Shown piece after piece: positions 11,881 to 26,390 of a DNA stretch of 64,000 nucleotides. Source of the stretch: Bispira polyomma (taxonomy: Eukaryota). The stretch lies in contig OZ287753.1 in NCBI GenBank assembly GCA_965649765.1, positions 7,440,001-7,504,000 of the forward strand, written 5' to 3'. Numbering within the stretch: position 1 is the first letter of the stretch; each line of letters starts with the position of its first letter. The notes under the pieces are model-generated. The model was not told the origin of the DNA. It saw only the letters and a program-made list of their open reading frames with translations, and ran no database searches. The position numbers and the translations under genes were made by a program.

Positions 11881-12799
11881 AATTGCTCAAACATTTGTAA
11901 ATATATGTCGAATTACGAAATAAACAGGTAGCTAGTGTAGCTTGATTGAATACTCTTTAGCAGTGTCCCTGACAACTAGCTTAATATATTTGTCATGTTT
12001 TTGTGTATATACTCCAATGATAACAAACAAAACTTTAAAAACTTTTGCAGTTAAATTTCTATGCAATCACAAGGCGCACACAAGACATATATCCAAAACT
12101 AGAATTTTAATTTGAGTTCACATTTGAAAGCTCTATTAAAACGAATAGTAACATGTGTGGGTATTGATAAAGAAACCTGGTATCTGAGTTCAACACATTT
12201 AATAAACACAGTAAAGGTGATCTTACACCTGTAGATACATCAGGATGTACATCTCCTGTTGTTGTAATACCTAGGTCTCATTTCCATGGATGGCTGTCAC
12301 GAACGCAACACAAACGTCCTTGTATCAATCCGGGACAGTATGTTTTAACTTTGTTTCAGATGTGTATACATTAGCAGCGCTTTGGTGCGTTTCATTAATA
12401 TCCATGAGCATTAATCAAATTGTTTGGAAATTTGTAAAATTTTTGTGTACAGTAGCAGTTTGTGTTGGTTACTTCTGACTCGTTTCTCGTTTTGCATTGG
12501 TCTTAATTAGTATCAGTTATTGGCCTTTCTTTGTGATTAGTGATGTATTAGTGGGTATTGGTTATTGTTCGTTATGTCTATGTTTCTCATTAGTGGATGT
12601 TAGTGGAGGTAGGTGTCATTTCTGTGGCACGTCCGTCACAGTATCCTTTTAGCTTAACAATGTGTTTCCAGGTTAAATTTAGTTTTAGTAATATGCCAAC
12701 TTTATTCTAGAAATTTCCACACGGTTACATTGAAACAGCAAATGTTCGGGAGTGTCAATATCTTTTTAAAAAACACACATTTAAGAGATATATCTTTAT

Positions 12800-14860
12800 T
12801 CCATTTACTGAGATAATATATCCAGTTATAAAAAGGTTATGACGCACTTTATAATTAAACTCACAAATCTTGTTTTAATCCTCCTCAAGCAAATATTCTT
12901 CCATTCAAAATAGAAGTATTTATAACCAAATCTAACATTCCAGCATTTTTTCGTGTAATATCTTGTTGCAATCTTATAAGCCATAATTTCATCAAATAAT
13001 TTACTTTCTGCTTTTTTTAATCTACCATTAATCTGGCCATTAAGAAGAATGTATTAGTGTGTATGTTTCGCAAAGAAGCTTAGTATTTTTAGTATTAAAT
13101 GTTTTACCTAATGGTTGAAATACCTTTTTGAATTATGCTGTATTCTGATATCCATTTTCTTTTATCAAGTAGCAAATTAAAAACAAGATTCTCTGAAAGA
13201 ATATTTCCATTGAGATTAAAAAGGTCTTTGACATAAATAATTTTTATCCAGTTTTTAAAATACAAACGCATTTTGTTAATTTAAAGCTATTGTTTTCCCT
13301 TTTTGATACTAGATAAAAACTCAAAAGAAGTCATTTTATTTAATGAAACTGCTATTTTTGATCGGATATCTACTACACTGATTCCACCATTTTCAATGGA
13401 ATTAATTAAACATATACGGTCATATTTCTAAACAATTCTCTCAGAGATCCCTGGCTATTGTGACACAATACGAGTATTGATCCAGCATATATAAACATAT
13501 TATGTAGGCTACACAACTTTAAAAAACGTGTATATTGTTTTGAATGAATTACATTTTTTAAATATGTTTCCTTATGTTATATAAATGAAGAATACAAAGT
13601 ATATTTCTGTTTAGAAGAGTGTAACTTTAATATTTTTCTATTTATCTCCGTTTTTTGTGCTTTTAATAAAAAAAAGAATTCAATCAAAATATTGCCAATG
13701 TTTTACTTTTTCTGGTCATGTACAATATTTCAGCATTGATACCTTCTTCGTATGTGTATTGTGTCACGTTTGTGAAGGATGTACTTGGACAAATATTCAT
13801 GTTTTTCTAACAATTTTACAGCTTCTTATACATAGTATTTGTTGCTAATAAATTGTTAAAATCTATGTTAAAACTTATAAAATTCGGCTCAAATTGTTAT
13901 TTAATCTGTCCACTAAAATTTTCACAACTGATAAAGCAAAAATCGTATTTGAAAATAGACTTTAAGGCCTTTACAACAATGTAGTGGATGTTTCTAGACA
14001 GTAATTCCTTAACAACGTGGTTTAGCGGCGATCGTTTTTTGTGTTTACGTCACTAAAGCCTTAAACAATGTCTACTTTTGAATAAGAATTGTGTGATTAC
14101 TTTAGAGTTTCTAATTATATTATTACTTTTTCTGGTACTCCTAAAAAAACAGTTATAAATAATCTATGAGACACACACCTTTCCAAAAATTGTCAGTGGC
14201 CCTGTTCCTCATGTTTTTAGTGTATTTTTCAATTTACTAATGTTATCATTCCAGTTTAAACCCATACATTTTTCTTTTTTATTACCTACATACATACCAA
14301 GGCATTTAATGTATTCGTTTGTTAAAGATATAGCTGAATATCTTGTAATTTTGCTTATTTTAAAAAGTGTCCATTGGTAAGCCTTCTGTTCTGTTTGTGT
14401 TTAGTCTTGGACCAGCTACTTTTGTAAATTGTCCAATTCTATTTAGTCCAGAAGTTATTGAGAAAGAACAGACAGAACAAGCATCATGTTATCAGCATAC
14501 TGACTTATTTTGATTTCAGTTTTATAAAATCCTTTAGTATTTTTACATCGAGTAACTCTACCACTAGTAAAATCAAAAGGACTGACACTAGGCAGCCCTG
14601 TCTCAGGCCTCTAGTTAAATTATTTTTTCTTGTAAAGTAGCTATTATTTTTAACCACAAGTTGAGGTTCCATATATAATATCTTGATCCAGTTCATAAAA
14701 TCTTCCCCAAAATTAAATTTTGTTAAACATTTATACGCAAAATCCCACTCCACAGTGTCAAAGGCTTTTTTAAAGTCAAGACAGAGGAGGACCCTAGTTT
14801 TTCCATATTTACCACAATAGTCAATAACATGACATATTATTCAAATATTGTTACCCATTG
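12800..14860 (-). mobile_element. Heavily decayed L1/Tx1-type LINE
   Basis: LCLDFKKAFDTVEWDF...FNFGEDFMNWIKILY...RGLRQGC at 14500-14790; the left boundary is approximate. Confidence 0.8.
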
Positions 14861-17574
14861 AAATTAATTTGCTTGCTACATTTGAAAAGTAGTGGATCCC
14901 CCTTTTCGAATATGAGTGACAAAACTGTCATTTTTGAAGATTCAGATCGGGAACGATGTCTAGGCACGGAACATGTCAGTCCTGCACAACCTTAATTAAG
15001 TTAAGTAGGGTACCAGACCATTTTTTACGGGTGAAAAGTTAAGTAAGTAAACATTCCCCCTTGTTGTTAAGGAAAATTGTTTACAAGCATGCTGATTAGC
15101 TAAGTCAAATAAACAAGTTACTTAAGTGAGAATATATGGTCAGTTTGAATTTAGTCACTGACAGAGTGACATTGAAAAAACAAATAGGGTCACCTAATTA
15201 GTTAGGGTCACCCCAAAAATTTGGAAACTCAATGTCAAAAGTTCTTACCTTAAGGTAAGGTGACCTTAGCTTAAGGTTTTAGACGCTATCTTAAAGTCAA
15301 TATGTAAAATGTAATTTAAAGACTTATATGAGTTAATACTTAACTTGACGGTTTAATTTAAAGATTAATGTAAGTTAAGTTCAAACTTAACTTGAAAATT
15401 TAAATGTGTTATAGACTTAAAGTGAATGTGTAATCTTATCACGAGATGTAAATATACATGGTAGTTAGATATATATATATATACTTTGCAATGTTACATG
15501 TTTTATATACACAGATATAATAAAATATATATACCCTCACTTAGCTTTGTCATTCGGATTAGTTGTGTTGGGGACTGACAAGTGTCCCGTTTGAAAAGTT
15601 TCATTAATCATATTGCAAAAAGGACTTTGTAACTGTTTCTAAAAAATGTTTATAGAGCTCTGGTGTCAGACCATTAAATCCCGGAGGTTTTATTGAATAT
15701 ATACTGATGCACATAAAAATACACTCTCCTAGGTCCCACCGGATTCACGTGAAGTTAAATTACTCCTGCAGGGTCTCACAGATACTCGATGCAAAACTCC
15801 ACGTACAAGTAAAATAAGTATTTGAAAAACCTCAAACCCCCACTAAAATTTATGTCAATCTATGCGAAAACAGTTGTTTGTGGAAGTGAGGAGACTCATT
15901 ATTTTATGTTAAGCCCATTAGACTGCCTAAACATCTATGTAAAGGTATGTTGTATTGCACTGAGAGTCGCTTGAGGATGCTAGACTACGCCACCTGTCGC
16001 GCAGACATTCAAATATTTACATCGACACACTTTCAATCTGACAGGGTTTGTATGACTAAATATTAAACAGTTCAAAAATTAAAATTTCTTGCATACCAAC
16101 TACGATGCATGATTATAAATATAGATTAGCAGCTTATCTTTTAAAAAGGGACAGAGGAAAGGTATCTACTGGTACTTTTATATATGAGGTCCAGCCAGTC
16201 CTATTTGTGAAATACAACCATGTGAAATTGATAGCATATATAAAGAAATGAAGACATAACGTTCAATAAATTGTGAATTTTCCCATTCTGTACAATATAG
16301 TACAGGTTAACACCTATTTTTACCCACACATTGAATTAGAATATTATACCTAAACTGACTTATGAGCCTTATAAGGCTGAGTGTTACAATTATGAAAACA
16401 TGTAAATCTTTTGTATATGTATAACACAGTGTTAGTAAAATATAAAAATTATCTATCTATCTATTTGCCATAATAAATGTTTTCAAATCACATTTTATTG
16501 AAGAGATAGCATACACACAGCTTCACATCCAATAAAAGTACATTAAAAGATTCTACAGTGTTTTTGTTGTAAAATAATGAGTAAAATATCTTTGTGGTCC
16601 TACAGACGATTAGCACTCAGTGACCAGGTATTATAACGACAAAGGATGTTAACAAAACGTGGGAAATACTTTAACCACCCCTAATTATTGTCTAATAATT
16701 GGATCCTGAAAGCTTTTGATTGAAAGAAAAGTGAGGTCTCAGAAACTGACAAGTATTGTATTTGTGCCCAACAACTGTGCAAATATTGACATGCTTATAA
16801 TTTTAGCATGCAATAATAATAGGTTATTACCATTACCACCGATTTAGCAGTCTAAACACTAGAAGTAAAGTCTATAATTGTCACAAAAATAAAGCCAGGT
16901 TAGACACCTATTGACACATACATTTACCATAGACTTGTGAAAAAGAAAGAGGACATCAGAGAACACTGAACTGTAACTCTTTCACACTATTCAACATTTA
17001 CAGACTATCAGAATAAATAATAAACCCCTGGTCTCGCTATGGCAGTATAAAAAGGTGGTTTGAAACGTTTTAAAATCACCCTGGTAGTGCCTTGTAGAAC
17101 CCTATCTCTAACTTCCCCTAAGTTCAGCTTCCTTCCCGAACCCTTCTACAGTTGGCTGTGTGAGGCGGAAGTTTTGGGTATGTTGAAAATCTCCGCCTCA
17201 CCAAAGTAGAAAAAAGGGTAGAAAAATGCTTCCACCCATTGGCCGAGTAGTGCCAAATTACTACTGTCTGTCTTCCGTCCCTGTAATCGTTTTCAAATAT
17301 TTCCGCCTTTTTCCGTGTATGTCTGTTTCATTACTGTAACTTACTGCCTCCCATTTCCTCCAGTTTTCCTTGTTTTCGCTTATTTCCCAGTATTTCTGTT
17401 TTGCTACTGTAAGATTACCATAGTAGTAATCGTCTTTTGTTATCTGGACAAGTTTCAGAGGATATATTTTGCATAGTTGGAACAGCCAATTTAATAGGCG
17501 GAAAGACAAGTTACAATATCTTCTACTACCTTCTAGTACCGCCTACCTTACCGTCAATGTGTGAGAGGACTGAT

Positions 17575-19180
17575 ATATTATTATTATTATGGATTTTTAA
17601 CGCGCTTTATTGATGCTAGGCATCTTCTAAAGCGCAACAGCAGAATCATTAGTCCAATCATTAAGTCCGTGGAAATTGCAAAGTCGTAAGGAAGGAAGTG
17701 GGAGCGTGCACGAGGAAAGCTAAGGTGGGTAGGCAAGATTAAAAAGATAGGTTTTAAGCTTTTTCCTAAAACCGATAAGCGTATCAACTGATCTGAGGTC
17801 GACTGGGAGACTGTTCCATAACCGTGGAGCTGCAGTGGAGAATGCTCTGAAACCCGCCTTTCTGATTGGTCTGACCGAAGTGACAGAGAGTCTGTTTCCT
17901 CTCTTACGGTTACTGAAGGAAAGAAGGGAGGCAAGGTAGGGTGGCTGTTGAGTGACTACAGCCTTAAAAGTGGTAACGTGAATCTTAAACAAAATTCGAG
18001 ATTCAATGGGCAACCAGTGTAATTTTTTGAGGTAAGGAGTGACGTCTATGCGACAACCCAGGCGAAAAATGACCCTACATAGGTAGTTTTGGATGGACTG
18101 GAGCTTTTTAATGTTTGACTTGTTTGCTTCGTACAAGAGAGAATTGCAGTAGTCGAGGCGGCTACTCACAAGGGCATTTGCCACAGTTATCGCTGTGTCC
18201 ATGGACAAGTGGTTTCTGATTCTTTTGATGTCACGTATGTGGTAATAGCAGGAGCGACAGATGTTGGCAACATGCGTATCGAACGAAAAAGCTGAATCAA
18301 AAGTGACACCTAGGTTTTTAGCATTTTCGGAAGGTAGTATGTCTTTTCCCAGCAGGGAGATGGGAAACAAAGATTTTAGGAGTTCACTGTTTTTCTTGTT
18401 TCCTATGAGGATGAATTCTGTTTTGTCCGGGTTAAGCTTTAGTTTGGAGTAGTTCATCCACGCCTGGACATCAGACAGTCAGTTTGCAAGTAGGTCTATG
18501 TTAGTATCTGCATTTTGTGGGTTGAGGGAGAGATAGACTTGAGTGTCGTCTGCATACATGTGGTGCTTTATATTGTGTTTATTGATGACAGTGCTGAGAG
18601 GATGTGTATAAAGGGTGAAAAGTAGAGGACCAAGGACGGATCCCTGGGGTACTCCATATGGAAGTTTTATGGAAGATGATAGGTGATCATCTAGTTTAAT
18701 TCTTTGTGCTCTAAGAGTAAGGTAGGATCTGATCCATTTAAGGACACTGCCATTTATACCGAACCACTGCTTGAGAGTGTCGCAGAGCAGGACATGATCA
18801 ATAGTGTCGAAAGCAGCTGAGAGATCTAGAAGGGTGAGGGCCACTGTGTCGTTGCGGTCCAGTGCAAGATTGATATCATTGCTAATTGAAAAAGGGCACT
18901 TTCTGTAGAGTGAAATTTTCTACAAGCAGACTGATGGCGATTTTGAATGTTTTGTCTATTAAGGTGGTTAAAAATTTGTTTAGCTACAGCTTTCTCAATG
19001 ACTTTTGAGACGAAGCTGAGGTTTGACACTGGTCTGTAGTTTTTGAGCTGGTTTTTATCAAGCCCTTGTTTTTTAATCAAGGGAGTTACGTTTGCCGTCT
19101 TGAAACAGGTGGGAAAAACACCATCCCGAAGAGAAAAATTTAATATATTTATTATGGGTGTGACAAGAATGTCAAGACAT
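17575..19180 (-). mobile_element. 5'-truncated L2 LINE (RT, frameshifted), nearly identical to 44611-46480
   Basis: [29 protein letters not shown] and LHWLP motifs; (TAA)n 3' tail. Confidence 0.95.
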
Positions 19181-19379
19181 ATAGAATAATATTGGGTATA
19201 AACAGGTTCTACATGCTAAGTATTGAACTATTACTGATGATGTCAGTCACCAGTCAGATTGCTACAAATAACATTTCTCAAACAGGGCAGTCTTAAGTAA
19301 AAACTTTAATTTGAGTTGGCTCAGCATCAGATTTAGTACTGTGGGACAAAAAGTAACAGGAGAGAAGGAACCAGACAGA

Positions 19380-20230
19380 AAGTCTCACTACTACTTCAGT
19401 TAAACAGTTTGGTCACAGCTTTGCTTTTGATGCTCCCATTGTTTGGAATGCTCTTCCTGATGTGATTCGTGCTTCCCCCTCACTAGCCTCTTTTAGAAAG
19501 CAGCATAAAACCCACTTGTAAAACCAAAGCATACCCACTTTAGTCTCAATCATCCCGGTGCGTTCTGTGGTGCTCGACCCTTTTCTGTCCCTTGATATTG
19601 GAAACTGGATTACTGTCTTTTGTGTTGTTACGCCTTAGAGCCCTCTTCGTTAAGGGGAGATTAAGCAATATTAAAGTCTAACTACAATTACAATTACTAC
19701 TAGGACACAAAGGTACAAAAGTTATGTTATTGAAAATAAACCATATCAACATTAAACATATAAAACATACAAAAATCACAAATATTTTAGTCCTTCAGTT
19801 CTTTTAGTAATTCAAATACAAAAGGTAAGCTTCACTGGATATTTCTTAATTAATATTATTTTATATGGCATAAATATTGTAAAAAACGTAAATATGATCA
19901 ATCTAAATAATCATATAAATAAATATGAATAATCATTTAAATATCACATGACAGGGTAATTTTACTCTACAAAACATTTGAACACATTAATTTAAAGGGG
20001 ATCGGTTGAAAAAAAAATTAACAGTTAAAGTCATTTAAAGAAGCAATTGGCTTACTGAAAAATTTTAAAAATATAAAACTACTAAGGATCTTTTCAAAAT
20101 TACAATTCACTGGGAATGTAAATTTTTATACAGTATGTGTTTGTTTTATGTGTCTTTGTTTTATGTTTATATCTCTTTTTTCAATAAACTAAATTGTTGT
20201 GCCTTTATGTCCTAGCAGTGGAACTTTTTT
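19380..20230. mobile_element. AT-rich MITE-like element with imperfect TIRs
   Basis: aaagtctcactacta[L2]ggacacaaaggtacaa versus ttgtgcctttatgtcctagcagtggaactttt. Confidence 0.5.
19394..19695 (+). mobile_element. 3' fragment of the 5193-family L2, apparently inserted into a MITE terminus
   Basis: Aligns to the reverse complement of about 5195-5500; ends acaattacaatt; actacta occurs on both sides. Confidence 0.8.
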
Positions 20231-23200
20231 ACCAAATAATTTTTGTCTGTTTTCATGTTATCAATTAAAGAGGTTCATTAATTGATCATGTGATAGTGCG
20301 CTATGTACCATGATAAAATTATATTTTTCACATATTTGTATTGTACCGATACTTCTGATACTCTACATTGTAATAACTATGATACACACCTATACATTGA
20401 GCCATTAAGAAATAAAATATGTTCATAATGCAGAACATTACAGGGGTTGAAAGTGAAAAATTCAGTGAAAATAGGTCCATTAATTGATTGTGACTTCTCT
20501 GCTACTTCATCGCTATGAATTATGAACAAAGCATTTTATTTTAAGGAAATCTACGTTTTAAGCATGGAAACGTGCGTCGAAAGATATTGTGACTCGCCCG
20601 CTATTATGAATGCATGTGTACTCTTTTAAAACTTAGGACACTGAGACTCGTCCAATATGTTAAAAAATAGGTTTTTGTTGTAATCTATTCGCCAAATACA
20701 CATTTCCTGTATTTCTCAAATTAAGTTTAAACTTAATTATTGGTCTATCAATTTATCTTTAATGACATTGGCGTTGGCCAGTGTTTTAGAAACAACATCT
20801 GAATGGAAAAGTGTTTACTGACATTAAAGGTAGTTACAAAAAGTATTACATATTGACATGCACTTTAAATTATTAAGAAACATATATATGATTTGACATT
20901 ACTTGTGAAATGCACTTATTTTAGTCAGATATTTCATGTAATGTATCTATTGCACTTTATCTAGCAGGTAAAATATTGTATAGACAGTATATCTATTCTT
21001 AGTTTAACATTCAAGTTTTTGTTTTACTTGACTTAACACACATACCTGTCGAATTAAGAAGAGAGAAGAGTTTTATTCCTAAACATTGAGTCCCACACAG
21101 TCAACTGTCTTCCTACAATCAACGTTTGTTTGTTTGTCAATGATAAGCTTAAAATGAAGACATGTCAAGTTGTTGTCATACCTTCGTATTTACTAATACT
21201 GAGAATAAGTTATTTTCCCACATGTGTTTTTTTCTTTCATTATATTACTGGAAATATTAGATTTAAGCTATTTTAGAGATTTGAAAAGCTCTATGTTTAC
21301 TTTGTCTGAGATAAATTAAATGATACCCCGTGTCTGTACCAAATAATAATAATGTTTAATCTTAAGATGTTTTCTTCTGTTTAAATTGTGTTTTTTAATA
21401 TATATTTTTTCTGTATCATGTTTCACGTATATGCGAATCCAGATTATTTTTTTTTTACTAATGTGGTAAATATCAAATTTAATGACATATTCCAGATTGT
21501 AAAAACTATCATTGTACTCTGTGTACGAATAAAATATTAATCAGAATCAGAAGAACAAGGCGAGTGTTTGAATGTCTGGATTTATTCAGGGAGGTATTCA
21601 GTCAATCTTTTGGATGAGTTCCTGCAGCCTTTCAACACCCTGTCAAAAAATATTATGTCAACAATGGGTTGCATATGAATGCTTATAATAAACTATTATA
21701 TATAATAGTAGGGCTACATTTATATGTTTATATTAATGAACCTCTTGTTGAAATAATAACTCCCGATATAGAAGTCCAGTGTCCTCTTTATTTAGATATG
21801 GCAACAAAAAAAAACTAATATTTAAATTCATAAAGAAGGAAGGTATATAATGGACAAAACGTACATAAACATTGTCACCTGAAGACTTGGTACATTTTCT
21901 TATGAGGTGGGTATGTGTAAGGGGTAGAGGGGTTTACATTTTAAAAAAGAACATAGAAGAAGTGTGTGGGCAATGGGACAGATAGAGACAATAGCAGATT
22001 GAATTGGTGAAGTGAGGATTCCATCCGTCTGATTTCAGCAATCATTACAGTTTTTTTTTTTTTTTGGTTATTTATTTATTATAGTGACACAGTACTACAC
22101 ATGTAAATAACAAAAAAGTAAAAGTAATACAGTAAATCTAAGATAAAATACCCATCAGCTCTAATGTGCGTATTCGTCACTATAATAATTAATTTAAGGT
22201 GGCAGTTACACAAATACACATAAACTTAAGCTGTAATACCTAATTTTTGTTGTTCAGTAGCATATATTTCAATTCTACATTTCTGAGATAAAGTCAACCA
22301 CTAGCTAGTTTGACTCTATGGATGCACATTACTTTATAAAACTGATCCAGATCGTTATGACTCTTTTTCTTATATCTAGTTTACACTAGGAGATGAGGGG
22401 CCACTTTTAATTACTTACCAAAGCCACTTTGTTAAATACAGTATCATTTCTTTAATTCAGTTAATGGCCGGATGTCCTTCTCCACTCCTATAGCCAAATT
22501 ACATTTTTTTTTACATCAAACTTACGAAGACAATAAGGACCAAATACATACGCACAAGGAAATTACATTTAGACAACATACAATGTGTTATGTGGTTAAA
22601 ACACTAAATAGGTAATAAAAACTATCACAGATTTTAAATCCAATGGTTATTTTTTTAATACTCTATAACACAAGATTTAATAAATCTGAAATTACTCTCC
22701 ATTTCTTTTGCAACTGTTCATGATTACAATACAATTTAACTGCAAATTCCTGTTCAGTATGTAGCATCTTTAAACACTGCTTAAATACTATCAGATGCAG
22801 TTCTAGAGGTTAATTTTTTTTTTTGCCATTTAGTAAATAGAGGGATGAAAGAAACTATCAGGTGACAGATATTAAAACATGACCAGTGTTCACTGCTTTA
22901 CATTAAACTGACAACATTAAACTTAGAATTTCTCTTATACAAACCTCTATGGTCAGATTACTTGATTTTATAAACAACCCTAATTTATATTTAACCTACC
23001 ATTTTATTTTGAAATGACTCTTCCTTTTTTATGAACCTTTTATTTTCCAAGCACATGCAAAGAAAATAATACTGTTTCTTATAAACGACAATAAGCCGTA
23101 CGAAGTGTCGAATAAACCTTTAAAGCTTTCACTCCTGTTTAACATAAAGTTCACACAATATACTGCATAACGGTATGGAATCACTTTAAAACTATTTGTA

Positions 23201-23572
23201 TTGTTTATAGATAGTAGATGTATTCTTAATTTACATTGAAGTGTTTGTTATGCATAAGTTAAAATTACACACATTACCTGTATAATTTGAGAATAACCAC
23301 TTATATCAATGTATTGTTTTATTCCTAAAGCTTGATTCTCATTCAACTATCCCACAACCAACACTTTCATACATGTATGTTAATGATAGACTTAAAATGA
23401 TTACCATGTCCATAGGAAGTATTAAGGCGAGTGATTGAGTGTCTGGGTTTATCCAGAGATATTCAGGTGAATCTTTCAGATGAGTTCAGCCTTTCAACAT
23501 CCTGTCAGAATGAGTTAGCTATGAGAAGGTGTCATGAGGCACACTAATACAAACAGGGCAGTATTTAAGGCA

Positions 23573-23726
23573 NNNNNNNNNNNNNNNNNNNNNNNNNNNN
23601 NNNNNNNNNNNNNNNNNNNNNNNNNNNNNNNNNNNNNNNNNNNNNNNNNNNNNNNNNNNNNNNNNNNNNNNNNNNNNNNNNNNNNNNNNNNNNNNNNNNN
23701 NNNNNNNNNNNNNNNNNNNNNNNNNN
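23573..23726. other. Assembly gap (154 N)
   Basis: Run of n characters. Confidence 0.99.
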
Positions 23727-25310
23727 TGGAGATATGTTGTTGGTAGTGGTGTTTATGTGTACCATAAAAATAACAACTAAAAGTAGTTAATGACCTGGTG
23801 ACATAGTAATACAGACTGGTTTGACTGATTGTAGGCCCCAGGCAGGGTAACATTTACCCCCCTTCCCCCAAATGTATAAAGGGGAACAAAACTATCATCA
23901 TATACCCTTGCCAGACACATTGATAATGCTAGTAATGCAATCAAAATAGATATAGCCAGAAACAGTAAATCTATAGACGAATCCCTCATGCCTGTATGAT
24001 TAGTGTAAATTTGCCGATGAATTGTTTTGCGTTTAACTGTTATACCTACGTCTCATTTAAACGCACCATAAACGTCTTCGTATCGATTGGCGACTACGTT
24101 TCAAACTTTATTTCAGATTTGTTTCCATTGGAAGTGCTTCAAAACTCTTCATTGATATCCGTGATCATTAGTCTTGCCATTATAAAAGTTTTTAAATGCC
24201 CAAAACTTTCATTGATGATTGCTTGTTTATAAGGGTTTTGTGAGGAGGGCGGAGGGGTATATGCCTTGATGAGTTTTAAAACAATTTTCGTTGGTAGCAT
24301 GTTGTGTTGGTTTGTTCTGGCTCGTTTTGCATTAGTGCCAAATTGTAGCAGTTAGTGACTTTTCGTTATGATTAGTGAGGTATTAGTGGGTATTTGTTAT
24401 TGTTTGTTGTCTTCGTTTCTATTTAGTAGGTGTTAGTAGAGGTAACTGTCATTTTTTTGTTGAGGGGAGGGGGCCATGGTGGAAGAAAAGCCACGACCTG
24501 CTGCACATATACTTATTTAGGTCTGAATAAGATTGGGCCTTTAGTTTTGCGAAACAAATCAGGCATTTTACACACAATGCTACAATGCACACAATGCTCT
24601 TTTGTTCACATCGGGTTGTATGAAAGCATTTCCTGAAGAAACTATAAACGTATGCTCTTCCACGATATGCTATTTGGAGATATCAAAGCTACATTTGATG
24701 CCATACATTTAAGATAAACACTTGCCACATACTATTTAGTAGGTGAAAAGCTGACACATTCCTACGATCATTCCAGTCATATAGAATATCACTGAATAAT
24801 GGGTTGCTGGAGTTTATTTCATAATTATACCTGTTTTATTAATTGATAGAAAGTTATAGAGTTCATTATTCTAAAGTTTCTATTCTAAAGTTGTAAATGA
24901 TCTTTAATAAAGTACAATGGTAAGTGAAAAAGTTTTTCAGTATATAGAGCCGAGAGTCACACAGTGCAGTACTGGGTTTTTATACACCAATAGAAGACTT
25001 ATATCTATAGTTGTGTTGATCTATTCATAATTGTATGGTGCATTCATTGAGTTTATTAGAATGACACTTACAATAGAACTTACATATTTTATTCATGTGT
25101 AACTTTATTCATGTATTTGAACTAAAATAACCTGACAATTCTGAAACATATTTCAATTAATTGTCATCTAGACCGTAAAGCATTTAATTTATCAGTTTTT
25201 ATATACCTAAAATTAAACATATAAATTTGCATTTTTATAGTGCTTTTGAAGGTACAGAGTTTACAACCCCAAACCAGGGTTCTTCAACTTGTCAACCAAC
25301 TCTCAACTCC

Positions 25311-25490
25311 CTAAGCATACGCTTCCTTTCAGCACATTCCAACGTCGACCAATTTGGGTATGTCTGATCCGATCTGATGTCGGCCGATGTAGCGCTTCTT
25401 TTCATCAGATATATACCCAATATTCGTCGGATGTTGACTTTAATAATGGCATGAGAAAGCTTATTTTGTTGTGATTACTGTGCTTTAGCG
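25311..25490. mobile_element. Fragment of the 8282-8690 MITE family
   Basis: taagcatacgcttcctttcagc...gatgtagcgcttcttttcatcagatat matches the reverse complement of 8560-8690. Confidence 0.65.
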
Positions 25491-26094
25491 GCCAGGTACC
25501 CATTTATACGACATTTATAATCCAGTCCCTTGTACTACAGTATGCACCAGGTTTGACTTGTCTTTCAGCAGCAGAGGCACACGTCCATAATGTCCCCGTT
25601 GTGTGTGTCGTTAGTGTTTCTACTTATAGGCTGGTCGGTAAGTTTTTCCCTATTGACTATCAGTATTTATCATTCTGAATTAACAATGAACTGGATTATG
25701 TATGTAGGTCTTTTGCCATCAAACCCCAAACATGATTAGATTTTACTTTTTGTTTATATCACAACAAATACACTAGGTTTGAATGTTCTATATTTTTAAC
25801 AAAGTAAAAATGTTATATCTTTGTTAACAAAGACGGTATTTGTCTATATATGTGGTCACTCATTCATTCTATATTTATTATTTGTATATGATAATATCTC
25901 TTGGTCAGCTACATAATGTCTATGTTATTATTATTATCAGTGCTGAACATTCCTAAAGCACTTCAACTATTAAAAGCTGTAAGTGCTGTACAATGTATAG
26001 CAGCCAAAAGTCAATATTATATACAAGATTGGTACGAGATATAGATATACCCGAGATATATTAAAACAAAAAAAAAGGGGAATTAAGTGTGAAT

Positions 26095-26390
26095 GCTATA
26101 TAAGAATGTTTTCAGTGATTTCACAGATACTGCCCGGTGTCTATGTCATCAAAATTTGCAGGTAACATATTCCATAGCTCAGAAACAGAATTTATAAAAT
26201 ATATGTCTCCAAATTTTGACTTTGTTCTTGTTTCACAAAACTGAAAAACCACAATATGAGTGTAGTGAGAGGAGGACCTGAGTGGTGGTAGGAGATCTGT
26301 CAGATAGGATGGGGCTTGTCCCTTAATAGAGTTGAAGATACATCACTAGGTTCTTGAATAGGATTCTCTTCCAAATCGGTAGCCAGATAT
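26095..26390 (-). mobile_element. Old L2 LINE 3' remnant
   Basis: Translates as WLPIWKRILFKNLV, then after a frameshift GQAPSYLTDLL, matching the L2 ORF2 C-terminal motif. Confidence 0.65.

Noticed and set aside
14870-15450. ttaag-rich region with a short inverted match to about 33030-33250
   Set aside because: Probably a non-autonomous DNA transposon relic, but I could not define termini or a family.
23515-23853. ORFs spanning the N run
   Set aside because: Artefacts of translating the assembly gap.
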